A stretch of 64,000 nt of DNA from positions 135,465-199,464 of the forward strand of contig CAWBQX010000006.1 in the NCBI GenBank assembly GCA_963791015.1. Reading direction: 5' to 3'. A model generated the notes under the pieces. The model worked only from the letters and a program-made list of their open reading frames with translations. It was not told the DNA's origin and did no database searches. The position numbers and the translations under genes are program-made. Every line of letters starts with the position of its first letter. The stretch's first letter is position 1. This document shows, piece after piece, positions 19,394 through 31,588 of this stretch. This DNA comes from an uncultured Acidimicrobiaceae bacterium. GTDB lineage: Bacteria; Actinomycetota; Acidimicrobiia; Acidimicrobiales; RAAP-2.

Positions 19394-20241
19394 TTGAACT
19401 GACGACGATCGACGCGTGGCGCGAGTACGCCAACGACGAGCGTTACGCGGGACGACGAGTCGGTCTCGTGCCCACGATGGGCGCGCTGCACGGTGGTCAC
19501 GAGTCGCTCTTTCGTGCGGCTCGCGAATCCTGCGACGTCGTACTCGCCACTGTCTTCGTGAACCCCCGTCAGTTCGGCGACGTGAGCGACCTCGCCCACT
19601 ACCCGCGCACCCTCGAGCGTGATCGTGAGATTGCCAGTGAAAGCGGCGTCGACTGCCTAGTCGTTCCCACGCTCGAGGAGATGTGGCCCGTCTATCCGAA
19701 CTGCACGCCCACGACTGTCTCGGTTCCCGGCATCGGCGACGTCTTGGAGGGGTCGGGCCGACCGGGGCACTTTGATGGCGTCGCCAGCGTCGTCACCAAG
19801 CTCTTGGCGGTGACCGGGCCATGTCAAGCGTTCTTTGGCGAGAAGGACTTCCAGCAGTTGGTCGTCGTGCAGCACCTTGTGCGCGACCTCGGCTTTGACG
19901 TGGAGGTGGTGGGCTGTCCCATCGTGCGCGACCCCGATGGGCTCGCGCTCTCGAGCCGCAACGTGCGACTCTCTCCCGACGGCCGGCGGCGGGCGCTAGG
20001 TCTCTCGCGAGCCTTGTCCTACGTGGCAACGACGAGTGCGCGCGCGAGCACCCTGCGCTCGACGATGCGCACGATCCTCGACGACTCGGGTGTCGAAGTC
20101 GCCTACGCCGACGTGGTGGATCCCGCCACCCTCGAACCCACCTCCGACGCTGAGGCTGGTACCCGGCGTGCCCTCATCGCGGGATTCGTCGAGGGTGTAC
20201 GTTTGCTCGACAATGGGCCGGTCAACGTGGTGAGCAACTGA
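19390..20241 (+). CDS. panC: pantoate--beta-alanine ligase
   Basis: VPTMGALHGGHESL (HIGH-type), FVNPRQF, FGEKDFQQ motifs. Confidence 0.9.
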   Translation: MIELTTIDAWREYANDERYAGRRVGLVPTMGALHGGHESLFRAARESCDVVLATVFVNPRQFGDVSDLAHYPRTLERDREIASESGVDCLVVPTLEEMWPVYPNCTPTTVSVPGIGDVLEGSGRPGHFDGVASVVTKLLAVTGPCQAFFGEKDFQQLVVVQHLVRDLGFDVEVVGCPIVRDPDGLALSSRNVRLSPDGRRRALGLSRALSYVATTSARASTLRSTMRTILDDSGVEVAYADVVDPATLEPTSDAEAGTRRALIAGFVEGVRLLDNGPVNVVSN

Positions 20242-21074
20242 TGCTGCTCGCGATGGACGTCGGCAACACCGAGACGTTGATTGGTCTCTTCGGCGAGGCC
20301 GAAGAGGAGTCCCCCGAGGCGATGGGCTTCGCACGCGCGAGCGACGAACACGGTCTCGCGTATCACTGGCGCACGTCGACCGTCTTGGATCGCACGCCCG
20401 ATGAACACGCCATGACGTTGACCCAGCTGCTGGATCTCGAGGGCCTGGACCTCAAGTCCACGGTGAGCGAGATCGCGATCTGTTCCTCCGCCCCCTCGGT
20501 GACGACTCAGCTGCGGCGCATGGCCGGTCGCTGGTTCTCGGACCTCGCACTCACGGTCATGGGCCCGGGCACCAAGTCCGGCATGCCGATTCTCTACGAG
20601 AACCCGCGCGAGGTGGGTGCCGACCGCGTGGCCGACGCGGTGGGTGCCTACGACCTCTACCCAGGTCCGGCGATCGTGGTCGACATGGGCACCGCCACCG
20701 TCTTTGACGTCATCAGCGCCAAGGGCGAGTACCTCGGCGGAGCGATCGCCCCGGGCGTGGCGATCTCCCTCGAAGCGCTCTACACCCACGCCTCGGCGCT
20801 GCGCTCAGTGGAGTTGGTGCGCCCGCGTTCGGTCATCGGTCGCTCGACGGGCGAATCGATTCAAAGTGGGGTGCTGTACGGCTTCGCCGCGCAGGTCGAC
20901 GGCATGATCGAACGCATCCTCGACGAGCTCGGCGACGCCACTGTCATCGGCACGGGCGGGCTCGCCGGTCTCATCGCCCCCCACACCAAGTACGTGCGGA
21001 TCATCGAACCGTGGTTGACCCTGCACGGATTGCGTATCGTGCATGAAAGGAATTTTTCGAAAGAGACCACGTGA
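20241..21074 (+). CDS. coaX: type III pantothenate kinase
   Basis: MLLAMDVGNTETLIGLF, GADRV, VVDMGTATVFD, GTGGLA motifs. Confidence 0.85.
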   Translation: MLLAMDVGNTETLIGLFGEAEEESPEAMGFARASDEHGLAYHWRTSTVLDRTPDEHAMTLTQLLDLEGLDLKSTVSEIAICSSAPSVTTQLRRMAGRWFSDLALTVMGPGTKSGMPILYENPREVGADRVADAVGAYDLYPGPAIVVDMGTATVFDVISAKGEYLGGAIAPGVAISLEALYTHASALRSVELVRPRSVIGRSTGESIQSGVLYGFAAQVDGMIERILDELGDATVIGTGGLAGLIAPHTKYVRIIEPWLTLHGLRIVHERNFSKETT

Positions 21075-22474
21075 CCACGCCGTACGAGTTCGCCCACGAC
21101 GCCTACGCCGCGTCACTGCACGAGACGTTTGGGAACCTCAAGGACGGCGAAGAGTCGGGTCAGGTCGTTCACGTGGCGGGGCGCATCGTCCTGCTGCGTC
21201 GCCAGGGCAAACTGGCCTTTGCCACCATGCGTGACTCGTCCGGCGAGATCCAACTCTTCGCGCTGGAGAGTACGGCCGAGCGGTTCGACGAGTTCACCAA
21301 GCTGCACCTCGGCGACTGGGTGGGGGTTGAAGGCGAGGTCGTGCGCACCAAGCGCGGCGAGCTCTCGGTCAAGGTGGCGACGTGGGTGCGCCTCGCTGAA
21401 GCGGTGCGCAACTTCGGCGACAAGTGGGCGGGCATCGCCGACTTTGACCTGCGCTACCGCCACCGCGAGGCTGACCTGTGGGCGAATGAGTCCTCTCGGC
21501 GTTCGCTGCGCTTGCGCAGCGACATGATTCGAGCGGTGCGCGAACGCTGTTGGGCCCAAGGCTTTGTGGAAGTCGAAACACCCATCCTGGGTTCGATCGC
21601 CTCCGGCGCCGCGGCGCGACCGTTCATCACGCGCCACAACGCCCTGGACGCCGACTTTTACCTGCGCATCGCGCCCGAACTCTGGCTCAAGCGTTTGGTG
21701 GTCGGGGGATTCGAGCGGGTCTTTGAGCTCGGCCGGGTCTTTCGCAACGAGGGGCTGAGCCCCCGGCACAACCCTGAGTTCACGATGCTCGAGCTCTACG
21801 CCGCCTACTGGGACTTCGAGGACATGATGTCCTTCACCGAAGAGTTGGTGGCGGGCGTGGCGACCGACGTACTGGGCACAACCGAGTTCGAGTACCAGGG
21901 ACGCCCCATCTCGTTTACGACTCCATGGGCGCGGCGTCCCATGGCCGAACTCGCGAGCGAGGCGGTGGGACGAGAGATCTCGGTGCACACGCCCCGCGAG
22001 GAACTTGCGGGCCTGCTGCGCGAACGCGACATCGACGTGCACGAGTCGTGGGGTCCGGGCCGCCTCGTGGCCGAACTATTCGAGAACCTGGCCGAAGAGT
22101 CCCTATGGGATGCCACGTTTGTGACCGAATACCCCGTTGAGATCTCGCCTCTCGCGCGCCGGCACCGGCGCGATAACGACGTCACCGAACGCTTCGAGTC
22201 CTACGGGGCGGGCCGAGAGATCTCGAATGGCTTCTCAGAGCTCATCGATCCCGTCGAGCAGCGCGAGAGATTCGAGGACCAAGCACGTCTGGCGGCCGAG
22301 GGCGAAGATGAGACGATGCCGATCGACGAGGACTACATCATGGCGCTCGAGTGGGGCCTGCCCCCCACGGCCGGCCTGGGTCTGGGGATGGACCGCCTCG
22401 CGGCGATCTTCGCGAACGAATCAACGATCAAAGAGGTCATCGCCTTTCCGACCCTGAAGCCGGAGCAGCGCTAG
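21071..22474 (+). CDS. lysS: lysine--tRNA ligase (class II)
   Basis: OB-fold N-domain; class II motifs FVEVETPIL, RVFELGRVFRNEG, GLGMDRL. Confidence 0.9.
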   Translation: MTTPYEFAHDAYAASLHETFGNLKDGEESGQVVHVAGRIVLLRRQGKLAFATMRDSSGEIQLFALESTAERFDEFTKLHLGDWVGVEGEVVRTKRGELSVKVATWVRLAEAVRNFGDKWAGIADFDLRYRHREADLWANESSRRSLRLRSDMIRAVRERCWAQGFVEVETPILGSIASGAAARPFITRHNALDADFYLRIAPELWLKRLVVGGFERVFELGRVFRNEGLSPRHNPEFTMLELYAAYWDFEDMMSFTEELVAGVATDVLGTTEFEYQGRPISFTTPWARRPMAELASEAVGREISVHTPREELAGLLRERDIDVHESWGPGRLVAELFENLAEESLWDATFVTEYPVEISPLARRHRRDNDVTERFESYGAGREISNGFSELIDPVEQRERFEDQARLAAEGEDETMPIDEDYIMALEWGLPPTAGLGLGMDRLAAIFANESTIKEVIAFPTLKPEQR

Positions 22475-23454
22475 TTCGGTAGGTCTTCGAGGAGTGACGA
22501 GATGAGCGCGGTGAAGCCCACGCGCAACTTGGCACTCGGCAGTACCGCGATCGCGCGGTGCGCGTCGGCGAGGAACCGGTTCGCCGCCAACACCGTGCGA
22601 TCGATGCCGTCGGTGGCGACGACGAGTTTGCGCGCGTGTTCGCGCTCGTCATCCTCGAGGGGACGACCAAGGAGCGACGAGAGCTCATCGGCCTGACGAG
22701 AGTCGCGCAGCGCGTAGAGCGTCGGCAGGCTGTAGACGCCTTCGGCGAGGTCTTGGCCGGCGGGCTTGCCCAACTGGTTGTTGGTCGCGATGAGGTCCAA
22801 GATGTCGTCGCGCAACTGGTACACCATGCCAAAGCAGCGCCCGAACTCCGCGAGCGCTTCGGTCTCTTCCGACGAGAGTCCGGCGGTCATCGCACCCATA
22901 CGACAGCTCGCGGACATGAGCGCGGCGGTCTTGCCTTCAATCGCGACAAAGTAGTCGTGCTCGGAGCGATCGAGGGCGAAGGCGGTGCGCACTTCGCTCA
23001 CCTGGCCGCGGGTGAGCCACGCGAGGGTGCGCGCCAGCAGGCTCGCGGTGGCCGCACCGAGGTCCGCGGCGATGCCCGCCGAGCGCGCCATCAGGTAGTC
23101 CCCGGCCACGATGGCGATCAGATTGCCGTAGCGGGCGTTCACGCTGTCGACGTTGCGTCGAATCGTGGCCTCGTCCATGACGTCGTCGTGGTAGAGCGAG
23201 GCCAGGTGCATCAGTTCGAGGGAGACCGCGCCCATGAGATCCTCGTGGGTGGCCTCGTGCTCGCCGCTGGTGGCTGAGGCGATCGCGAGTGACGCGCGCA
23301 GGCGCTTGCCGCCCGCGTCGATGAGGTGGGTGGTGACCCCGTCGAGGTAGGGGTCACCAAAGATGACGGCTTCGGTGAGCAACACCTCGAGCCGGATGAG
23401 GTCGTCGTCGACCGACGCCAGCCCTAATTGCTCCAGGGGGTTCACGCAAAACAC
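22471..23454 (-). CDS. polyprenyl diphosphate synthase (trans-IPPS family)
   Basis: First DDxxD region LYHDDVMDEA and second QLRDDILD motif; about 327 aa. Confidence 0.85.
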   Translation of the reverse strand: MFCVNPLEQLGLASVDDDLIRLEVLLTEAVIFGDPYLDGVTTHLIDAGGKRLRASLAIASATSGEHEATHEDLMGAVSLELMHLASLYHDDVMDEATIRRNVDSVNARYGNLIAIVAGDYLMARSAGIAADLGAATASLLARTLAWLTRGQVSEVRTAFALDRSEHDYFVAIEGKTAALMSASCRMGAMTAGLSSEETEALAEFGRCFGMVYQLRDDILDLIATNNQLGKPAGQDLAEGVYSLPTLYALRDSRQADELSSLLGRPLEDDEREHARKLVVATDGIDRTVLAANRFLADAHRAIAVLPSAKLRVGFTALISSLLEDLPN

Positions 23455-23545
23455 ATTAGAGGACGCGTTCTTGGTGGTCCGAGGGGCTCAGTCTCAACGA
23501 CATATAAGACCGGTACACTTCAATTAAACGAACAAAGGATGACCA

Positions 23546-26047
<2,502 letters not shown>

Positions 26048-26070
26048 GCGCGTCACAGTCCCCCTCTAAC

Positions 26071-27423
26071 TTGGCGGGCGTGAAGGCCCACGTCCGCTAC
26101 GTCTGTCGACACTGTGGAACGAGCGCGCCACGCTGGCAGGGACGCTGTAGCGCCTGCGCGCAGTGGAACTCTCTGGACGAGGTGAGCGGAACGGTCCCGG
26201 CGCGCACCAGTGTGGTGTCGAGCGCTCTGCGCGACGTGAGGTACGAGTCGAGTGAGTTGGTGTCCTCGGGGATCGGTGAGCTTGATCGAGTATTGGGCGG
26301 TGGCTTCGTTCCCGGATCGACGACCCTGCTGTTCGGTGAGCCCGGCGTGGGCAAGTCCACTCTCGCTCTGCTCGTCCTGCGAGCGCTGAGCTTGCGTGAG
26401 GAGAACGTGCTGCTCATCGCGGCCGAGGAGTCCGCGACGCAGGTCGCTCGCCGCGCCCGGCGTTTCGGTGAGGTGCCCGCGGGCCTCGAGATAGCGACGA
26501 CGACGAGCATCGGTGATGCCGCCGATCTGCTGGCGTCAGCACCCCGAGCCTTGTGCGTCGTGGACTCGATCTCGGCAATGAGTGACGACGCGCTCGCGAG
26601 TGCATCGGGGTCGGTCCCGCAGATTCGTAACGGCGCGGAGCGCCTGTGTGCCATAGCGAAGTCAATGGGCACGGCGCTGCTGCTCATCGGTCACGTCACG
26701 AAGGACGGCGAACTAGCGGGTCCGCGCGCGCTCGAGCACCTCGTTGACACGGTCGTACGAATTGAGGGTGATCGTCAGGGCACCTTGCGCATTGTCCGCG
26801 CGCAGAAGCATCGTTTTGGCCCCACCGGTGAAGTGGGGCTCTTCGAGATGGTGGGAGAGGGTCTGCGCGAGCTTCTCGACATCTCGGTGCTGCGCGGGGC
26901 GCGACTGGACGTGCCCGGCGTCGTCCTCACGGTAACCAACGACGGTTCGCGATCGTTCTTGGTAGAGATTCAGGCGCTCGTCGCGCACGCGTCGGGTTCG
27001 ACGCGTCGGGTTGCCTACCACGTGTCCTCACCGCGCCTCTCCCTGCTCTTGGCGGTCCTCGAGTCGCGCTGCGGAGTGGACACCAGTGCCCTGGACGTCT
27101 TTGCCGCGACCGCCGGCGGGTTGGCGGCGAACGAGCCCGACGTCGACGTCGCGCTCGCGCTCGCGGTCGCCTCGGCGACCAAAGGCTTCGCGGTACCGGC
27201 GAGCACGGTGGCCATCGGTGAGGTGGGCCTCGCTGGAGAGCTGCGAGCAGTCTCGGGTCTGACGCGACGCGTGCGCGAGGCGGCGCGTCTCGGCGCCGAG
27301 ATGGTAATCGTGCCGGTTGAAGGGGAGTGCGAGGACGTTCCGGGAATCCGGCTGCGGCGCTGTCACTCCCTGGCCGAGGCCATCGTCGCCGCACGGGACG
27401 CGGGTGAGTCGACTAAGGACTGA
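26071..27423 (+). CDS. radA: DNA repair protein RadA
   Basis: N-terminal zinc finger CRHCG..CSAC, Walker A GEPGVGKST, KNRFG-like QKHRFGPTGE, Lon-like C-domain. Confidence 0.9.
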   Translation: MAGVKAHVRYVCRHCGTSAPRWQGRCSACAQWNSLDEVSGTVPARTSVVSSALRDVRYESSELVSSGIGELDRVLGGGFVPGSTTLLFGEPGVGKSTLALLVLRALSLREENVLLIAAEESATQVARRARRFGEVPAGLEIATTTSIGDAADLLASAPRALCVVDSISAMSDDALASASGSVPQIRNGAERLCAIAKSMGTALLLIGHVTKDGELAGPRALEHLVDTVVRIEGDRQGTLRIVRAQKHRFGPTGEVGLFEMVGEGLRELLDISVLRGARLDVPGVVLTVTNDGSRSFLVEIQALVAHASGSTRRVAYHVSSPRLSLLLAVLESRCGVDTSALDVFAATAGGLAANEPDVDVALALAVASATKGFAVPASTVAIGEVGLAGELRAVSGLTRRVREAARLGAEMVIVPVEGECEDVPGIRLRRCHSLAEAIVAARDAGESTKD

Positions 27424-27518
27424 GCTGCGTTAGGTGCTGGTACGCCGACGCGCGGGTGGGGTTACTACCCTTACCGGTGAGCGTTCTGTCGGCCAAACTG
27501 TCCTCGTAGAGGGGGCCG

Positions 27519-29936
27519 ATGCGCAGCGTTCGAATGATTCTTCGCACCGAATTTCGACGACGACGACTCGCGTGGTTGGCGCTGGCGCTCCTCGTCGCGG
27601 TGATCGGCGGCACGGTCCTCGCTGGCGTCTCCGCCGCGCAGCGCACGGCATCCGCCTTCCCCGACTTCGTTGCTCGCGACGGGTACGACGCGGCGGTCAT
27701 CTCGAGTGACTCCTTCGCACGCCATCTGACGGTTGTTCATGGCGTCGAGTCGTCGACGATCCTTCGCTACTACGGAAACGGGAACATCAAGGTCGATGGC
27801 CACGTGGTGCCCAGCAGTGACGTCACCGTCACGAGTCTTCCCTTCACGCATGTGGCGAGTTCCATGCATCTCATTAGTGGCACGATGCCCAAGGGTGCGC
27901 GCGACGTGGTTGTCGGCTACTCGATGGCGCAACGCTTCGGGCTACATCCCGGTTCCACGTTGCTGGTGCCTTTCGTCGCGCGTAGCAAGATACCGCCGGG
28001 AATCAGCGGTAGTCCGGCCAAGATCTCATTCCGTGTCCTGTTGCACGTGGTCGGAGTGGTCGCGACGGTCGTCGACTTTCCCAGTACGTCGCCCTCGTAC
28101 TCGATCTACGCCAGTCGCGCGTTCGACCGGGCGTATGGGACGAGAACGTCGTCGATCACGATCACCTTCGCGCGTCTGGTGCGCGGCGCATCGGGGATGT
28201 TGGCCTTTCAGAGTGCCGTCAATCACCTCAACGTCCCCGGCCTTTACTTCTCGCTCGACGTGGACGCGACGACAGGGGCCATCGAGGGTTCGATTCACCC
28301 TCAGGTCATCGGCTGGTGGCTCTTTGCCCTGTTTGGCGCCCTCGCGGGGCTCGCGCTGGTCGGCCAGGCGCTGTCGCGCCAGAGCCTCATCGAAAGTGAC
28401 GACTTCTTAACGCTCGAGACGTTGGGTCTTCGCCCGGTGCAGCTCTTCGCGATCGGCATGCTTCGTTCGGCCCTCATTGGCGGAGCAGGCGCGCTTGGCG
28501 GACTCGGATTGGCCTTGCTGCTCTCGCCGCTCACACCGGTCGGTGAGGCGCGCGCGGCGGAGCTGAATTCGGGTTTCGCGTTGAGCGGGTCCCTTGCCCT
28601 AGTGGGCGTCGTCGCGATCCTGGGCGCCGTGATGGCCCTGAGTGCCTGGCCCGCGTGGCGATCGGTTCGCCAACACAACGACGCGCGACGAACGATCGTG
28701 TCGCCGAGCTCGAGGGTGGCGAGTGTCGTGGGAGCGATGGGCGCGCCGCCGAGCACACTGATCGGTGTGCGGCACGGCCTGGAACGAGGTCGCGGTCGCA
28801 CGAGCACACCCGTCGTGACGGCCCTCGTCGGCACCACGCTCGCCATTGCAGCGGTCGTCATCACGTCGATCTTCGGGGCGAGTTTCTCGCACCTCGTCTC
28901 CACGCCGCGGCTCTACGGCGATAACTGGCAGGTGGACCTCGACAACCTGACCTACCCCCAAGTGCAAGCAATTGCGAAGAGCCTTCGAGCGAACCCCAAC
29001 GTGACGAAGATCACCTATGGCGTGACGGGAAAGTACATCGAGGTGAACGGGTACGCCGTCGAAACGCTGCTCATCGATGACGTGAAGGGACCGCTGCCAT
29101 TCTCCCTCGCGAGTGGGCGAGATCCCCGGGGCGACCGCCAAATGCTGGTGGGAACGACCACGCTGTCGGCGGCCCACGCCCACGTTGGCTCGAGAGTCAC
29201 GGTGTCCATTGTCAACGCCAAGGGCAAAAAGTCCACCGGAACGTTGCTCGTGGCGGGCGCCGTGGTGATCCCGCCGAGCTTTCAGATTGGCGGTCTCGGC
29301 GATGGAGCCGTGATGACCATCAGAGCCGCCGAGGGCGTGGCGTGCATCAACGCGAGTCCCCGCGCGCCCTGTGTCGCGACCGTTCAGGCTACGTTGGCCC
29401 ACACCTCAATGGGCATGGCCGTGGCGACCGCCAACACGTCCGAAGGTCGTGCCACCGCGATCCGACTGGATGAGAAATACGCGTCGCAACTCACGGCGCC
29501 CGCCGCGCCGACGAGTTTGGTCAACTTCGGCCAGGCCGTGGACTTTCCGCTCTTGCTGGCGCTCACTCTCGCCCTCTTCGGTGCGGCCATGTTGACCCAC
29601 CTTCTGGTTGTAATTGTGACGCGACGTCGACGCGAGTTCGCCGTCCTGCGCGTGCTCGGCTTCACGCGGCGCCAAGTGAGTTCGTCCATCTTCTGGCAGT
29701 CAACGACGACTGCGCTCATCGGCGTGGTCTTTGGGGTGCCCCTCGGTCTTCTCGGCGGCGTAGTGATCTGGCGCGACTTCGTGACCAGCCTCGGCGCGGT
29801 GCCCGCGACGGTGATACCCGGGATCACGATCGCCGTAATCGCGCTGCTCGCCCTCGTGTGCGCCCTCGCGCTCGCCGTGGTCCCGGCGATCCTGACGGCG
29901 CGCATCGTTCCCGGTGAAGCGTTGCGCGAGGGGTAG
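27519..29936 (+). CDS. FtsX-family ABC transporter permease with two FtsX modules; no adjacent ATPase
   Basis: 805 aa, N-terminal TM plus large extracytoplasmic domain, repeated 4-TM FtsX-like blocks (about 28270-28900 and 29560-29920). Confidence 0.7.
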   Translation: MRSVRMILRTEFRRRRLAWLALALLVAVIGGTVLAGVSAAQRTASAFPDFVARDGYDAAVISSDSFARHLTVVHGVESSTILRYYGNGNIKVDGHVVPSSDVTVTSLPFTHVASSMHLISGTMPKGARDVVVGYSMAQRFGLHPGSTLLVPFVARSKIPPGISGSPAKISFRVLLHVVGVVATVVDFPSTSPSYSIYASRAFDRAYGTRTSSITITFARLVRGASGMLAFQSAVNHLNVPGLYFSLDVDATTGAIEGSIHPQVIGWWLFALFGALAGLALVGQALSRQSLIESDDFLTLETLGLRPVQLFAIGMLRSALIGGAGALGGLGLALLLSPLTPVGEARAAELNSGFALSGSLALVGVVAILGAVMALSAWPAWRSVRQHNDARRTIVSPSSRVASVVGAMGAPPSTLIGVRHGLERGRGRTSTPVVTALVGTTLAIAAVVITSIFGASFSHLVSTPRLYGDNWQVDLDNLTYPQVQAIAKSLRANPNVTKITYGVTGKYIEVNGYAVETLLIDDVKGPLPFSLASGRDPRGDRQMLVGTTTLSAAHAHVGSRVTVSIVNAKGKKSTGTLLVAGAVVIPPSFQIGGLGDGAVMTIRAAEGVACINASPRAPCVATVQATLAHTSMGMAVATANTSEGRATAIRLDEKYASQLTAPAAPTSLVNFGQAVDFPLLLALTLALFGAAMLTHLLVVIVTRRRREFAVLRVLGFTRRQVSSSIFWQSTTTALIGVVFGVPLGLLGGVVIWRDFVTSLGAVPATVIPGITIAVIALLALVCALALAVVPAILTARIVPGEALREG

Positions 29937-29956
29937 GAGCGCCCCGACCAGGGGCG

Positions 29957-30934
29957 TCAGGGAATCAGGATCACCCGTCCGAAGACCTGTCGGCTCTCGA
30001 TGTACGCGTGAGCCTCTTCGGCCTCCGAGAGTGGGTAGGCGCGGTCGATCACGACGCGCAGTGTGCCCGCCGCGACGTCGTCGAGGATCGACGCGATCTG
30101 GGCGTAGGCCCGCGTGCCCACGAACAGTTCCGCGCCGAGAAAGTACCTCGTGAAGCTCTGATTGTTCTGGCGCATCGGGGCGATGTTGAGTACGTCCGCA
30201 CTGTCGCGCCCCGCGTCGCCCATGCTCACGCACCGTCCCCGATACGCCAGCGCGCGCAGGCTCTTTTGGAGGTTCTCTCCACCCACCGAGTCGATAATGA
30301 CGTCCGCCCCCCGACCCTCGGTGAGCTCGCGCACCCGAACGACGAAGTCCTCTTCGACGTAGTTGATCCCCGCGTCGAGCCCAAACTCGGCGAGTCGCTC
30401 TAGGCGCTCGTTGCTGGACGCGGTGGCGAGCACGGTCGCCCCGGCCCGCTTGGCCATCTGGATCGCGGCGATCCCCACGCCACTCGCTCCCGCGTGGATC
30501 AGGGCGGTCTCGCCACGTGCGAGGCGACCGAACTCGAAGAGGGTGTCGTGGGCGGTGCCAAAGGCGGTGGGCACGGCCGCGGCCACCTCGGTCGAGAGAC
30601 CTTCGGGGATCTTCCAGGTGAAGTTGGGATAGGCGGTGCGCAGTTCGGCGTGCGAGCCATCGGAGTGCAGCGTGACCACGCGTTCGCCGACCTCAAAGTC
30701 CGCGACGCGCGAACCGACCTCGACCACCGTGCCGGCGGCCTGGTAGCCCACGACGTGGGGAGTCGTGCGCAGATCGCCACCCAGGCGATTCAGGGTGTCG
30801 CCGCCTTCGACGCTGACGGCTTCGACCCGGATGAGGATCTCGTCGTCGCCGGGCGTCGCGTCGGGTACATCCTCGTAGCGAAAGACGCTCGGCGCGCCGT
30901 TCTCGTAGTAGACCGCTGCCTTCATGGAATCCAC
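29957..30934 (-). CDS. NADPH:quinone oxidoreductase / zinc-type alcohol dehydrogenase superfamily (MDR)
   Basis: MKAAVY.. GroES-like N-domain, nucleotide fold IHAGASGVGIAAIQMAK, 325 aa. Confidence 0.8.
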   Translation of the reverse strand: MDSMKAAVYYENGAPSVFRYEDVPDATPGDDEILIRVEAVSVEGGDTLNRLGGDLRTTPHVVGYQAAGTVVEVGSRVADFEVGERVVTLHSDGSHAELRTAYPNFTWKIPEGLSTEVAAAVPTAFGTAHDTLFEFGRLARGETALIHAGASGVGIAAIQMAKRAGATVLATASSNERLERLAEFGLDAGINYVEEDFVVRVRELTEGRGADVIIDSVGGENLQKSLRALAYRGRCVSMGDAGRDSADVLNIAPMRQNNQSFTRYFLGAELFVGTRAYAQIASILDDVAAGTLRVVIDRAYPLSEAEEAHAYIESRQVFGRVILIP

Positions 30935-31094
30935 CCTTCGACGCGCTGAGGTGAGACTAACGGGCCTGTTGGGCGCGGGTTCACGGTCCGTGAGCAGTTC
31001 GACCCGTCACGAAAGGCCGAAAATCTGCTAAAATAGTTAATCCCCCAAACGCCCCCAAATTGTGTGGGCGTTGCCCTCTGAGGAGCCCTAGGCA

Positions 31095-31586
31095 ATGACT
31101 GCGCCACGCAAGTACAAAAAGGGAGACCGTCTCGTCTACCCCCACCACGGAGCCTGTACCGTGGAAAAAATCGAGAAAATGACGGCTTTTGACGTCAAAC
31201 AGGACTATTTGAAGCTCAAAGTCGCCTACACGGACCTGGTCTTGATGGTACCGGTCGCCAACGCCGAGTCGGTCGGCCTGCGCGACGTCATCAACGACGA
31301 AGAGGTCGAGGAAGTCTTCGCCGTGCTGCGCAAGAAGGAAGCGCGCATGCCCACCAACTGGTCGCGCCGATTCAAGAACCACTCCGAGAAGTTGCGTTCC
31401 GGCGACATCTACCAGGTGGCTGAGGTCGTGCGGAACCTCTCGATTCGTGACAAGGACAAGGGACTGAGCGCGGGCGAAAAGCGCATGCTCACGCGGGCTC
31501 GCCAGATCCTTGTCTCCGAGTTGACCTTCGCCCTCAACGTGGACACGGAAGCGGCTGAAGAAAAGCTCGCCTCGGTCCTGCCCTAG
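31095..31586 (+). CDS. carD: CarD-family RNA polymerase-binding transcription regulator
   Basis: KKGDRLVYPHHGACTVEKI.., WSRRFK.., upstream of ispD-ispF as in actinobacteria. Confidence 0.9.
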   Translation: MTAPRKYKKGDRLVYPHHGACTVEKIEKMTAFDVKQDYLKLKVAYTDLVLMVPVANAESVGLRDVINDEEVEEVFAVLRKKEARMPTNWSRRFKNHSEKLRSGDIYQVAEVVRNLSIRDKDKGLSAGEKRMLTRARQILVSELTFALNVDTEAAEEKLASVLP

Positions 31587-31588
31587 CG

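Noticed and set aside
21113-22042. 309-aa ORF antisense to lysS, and many similar 60-270 aa ORFs in the track (e.g. 902..1483, 2978..3793, 16283..17056, 17086..17952, 20103..20789, 28599..29402, 51402..52277, 60121..60840, 63167..63922)
   Set aside because: All overlap strongly supported genes on the other strand or in another frame, and all lack motifs. They are treated as high-GC shadow ORFs.
29939-29957. Hairpin GCGCCCC-GACCA-GGGGCGT between the convergent FtsX permease and quinone oxidoreductase genes as a bidirectional terminator
   Set aside because: The stem is only 6-7 bp, there is no U-tract on either strand, and it overlaps the qor stop codon. Too weak to call.
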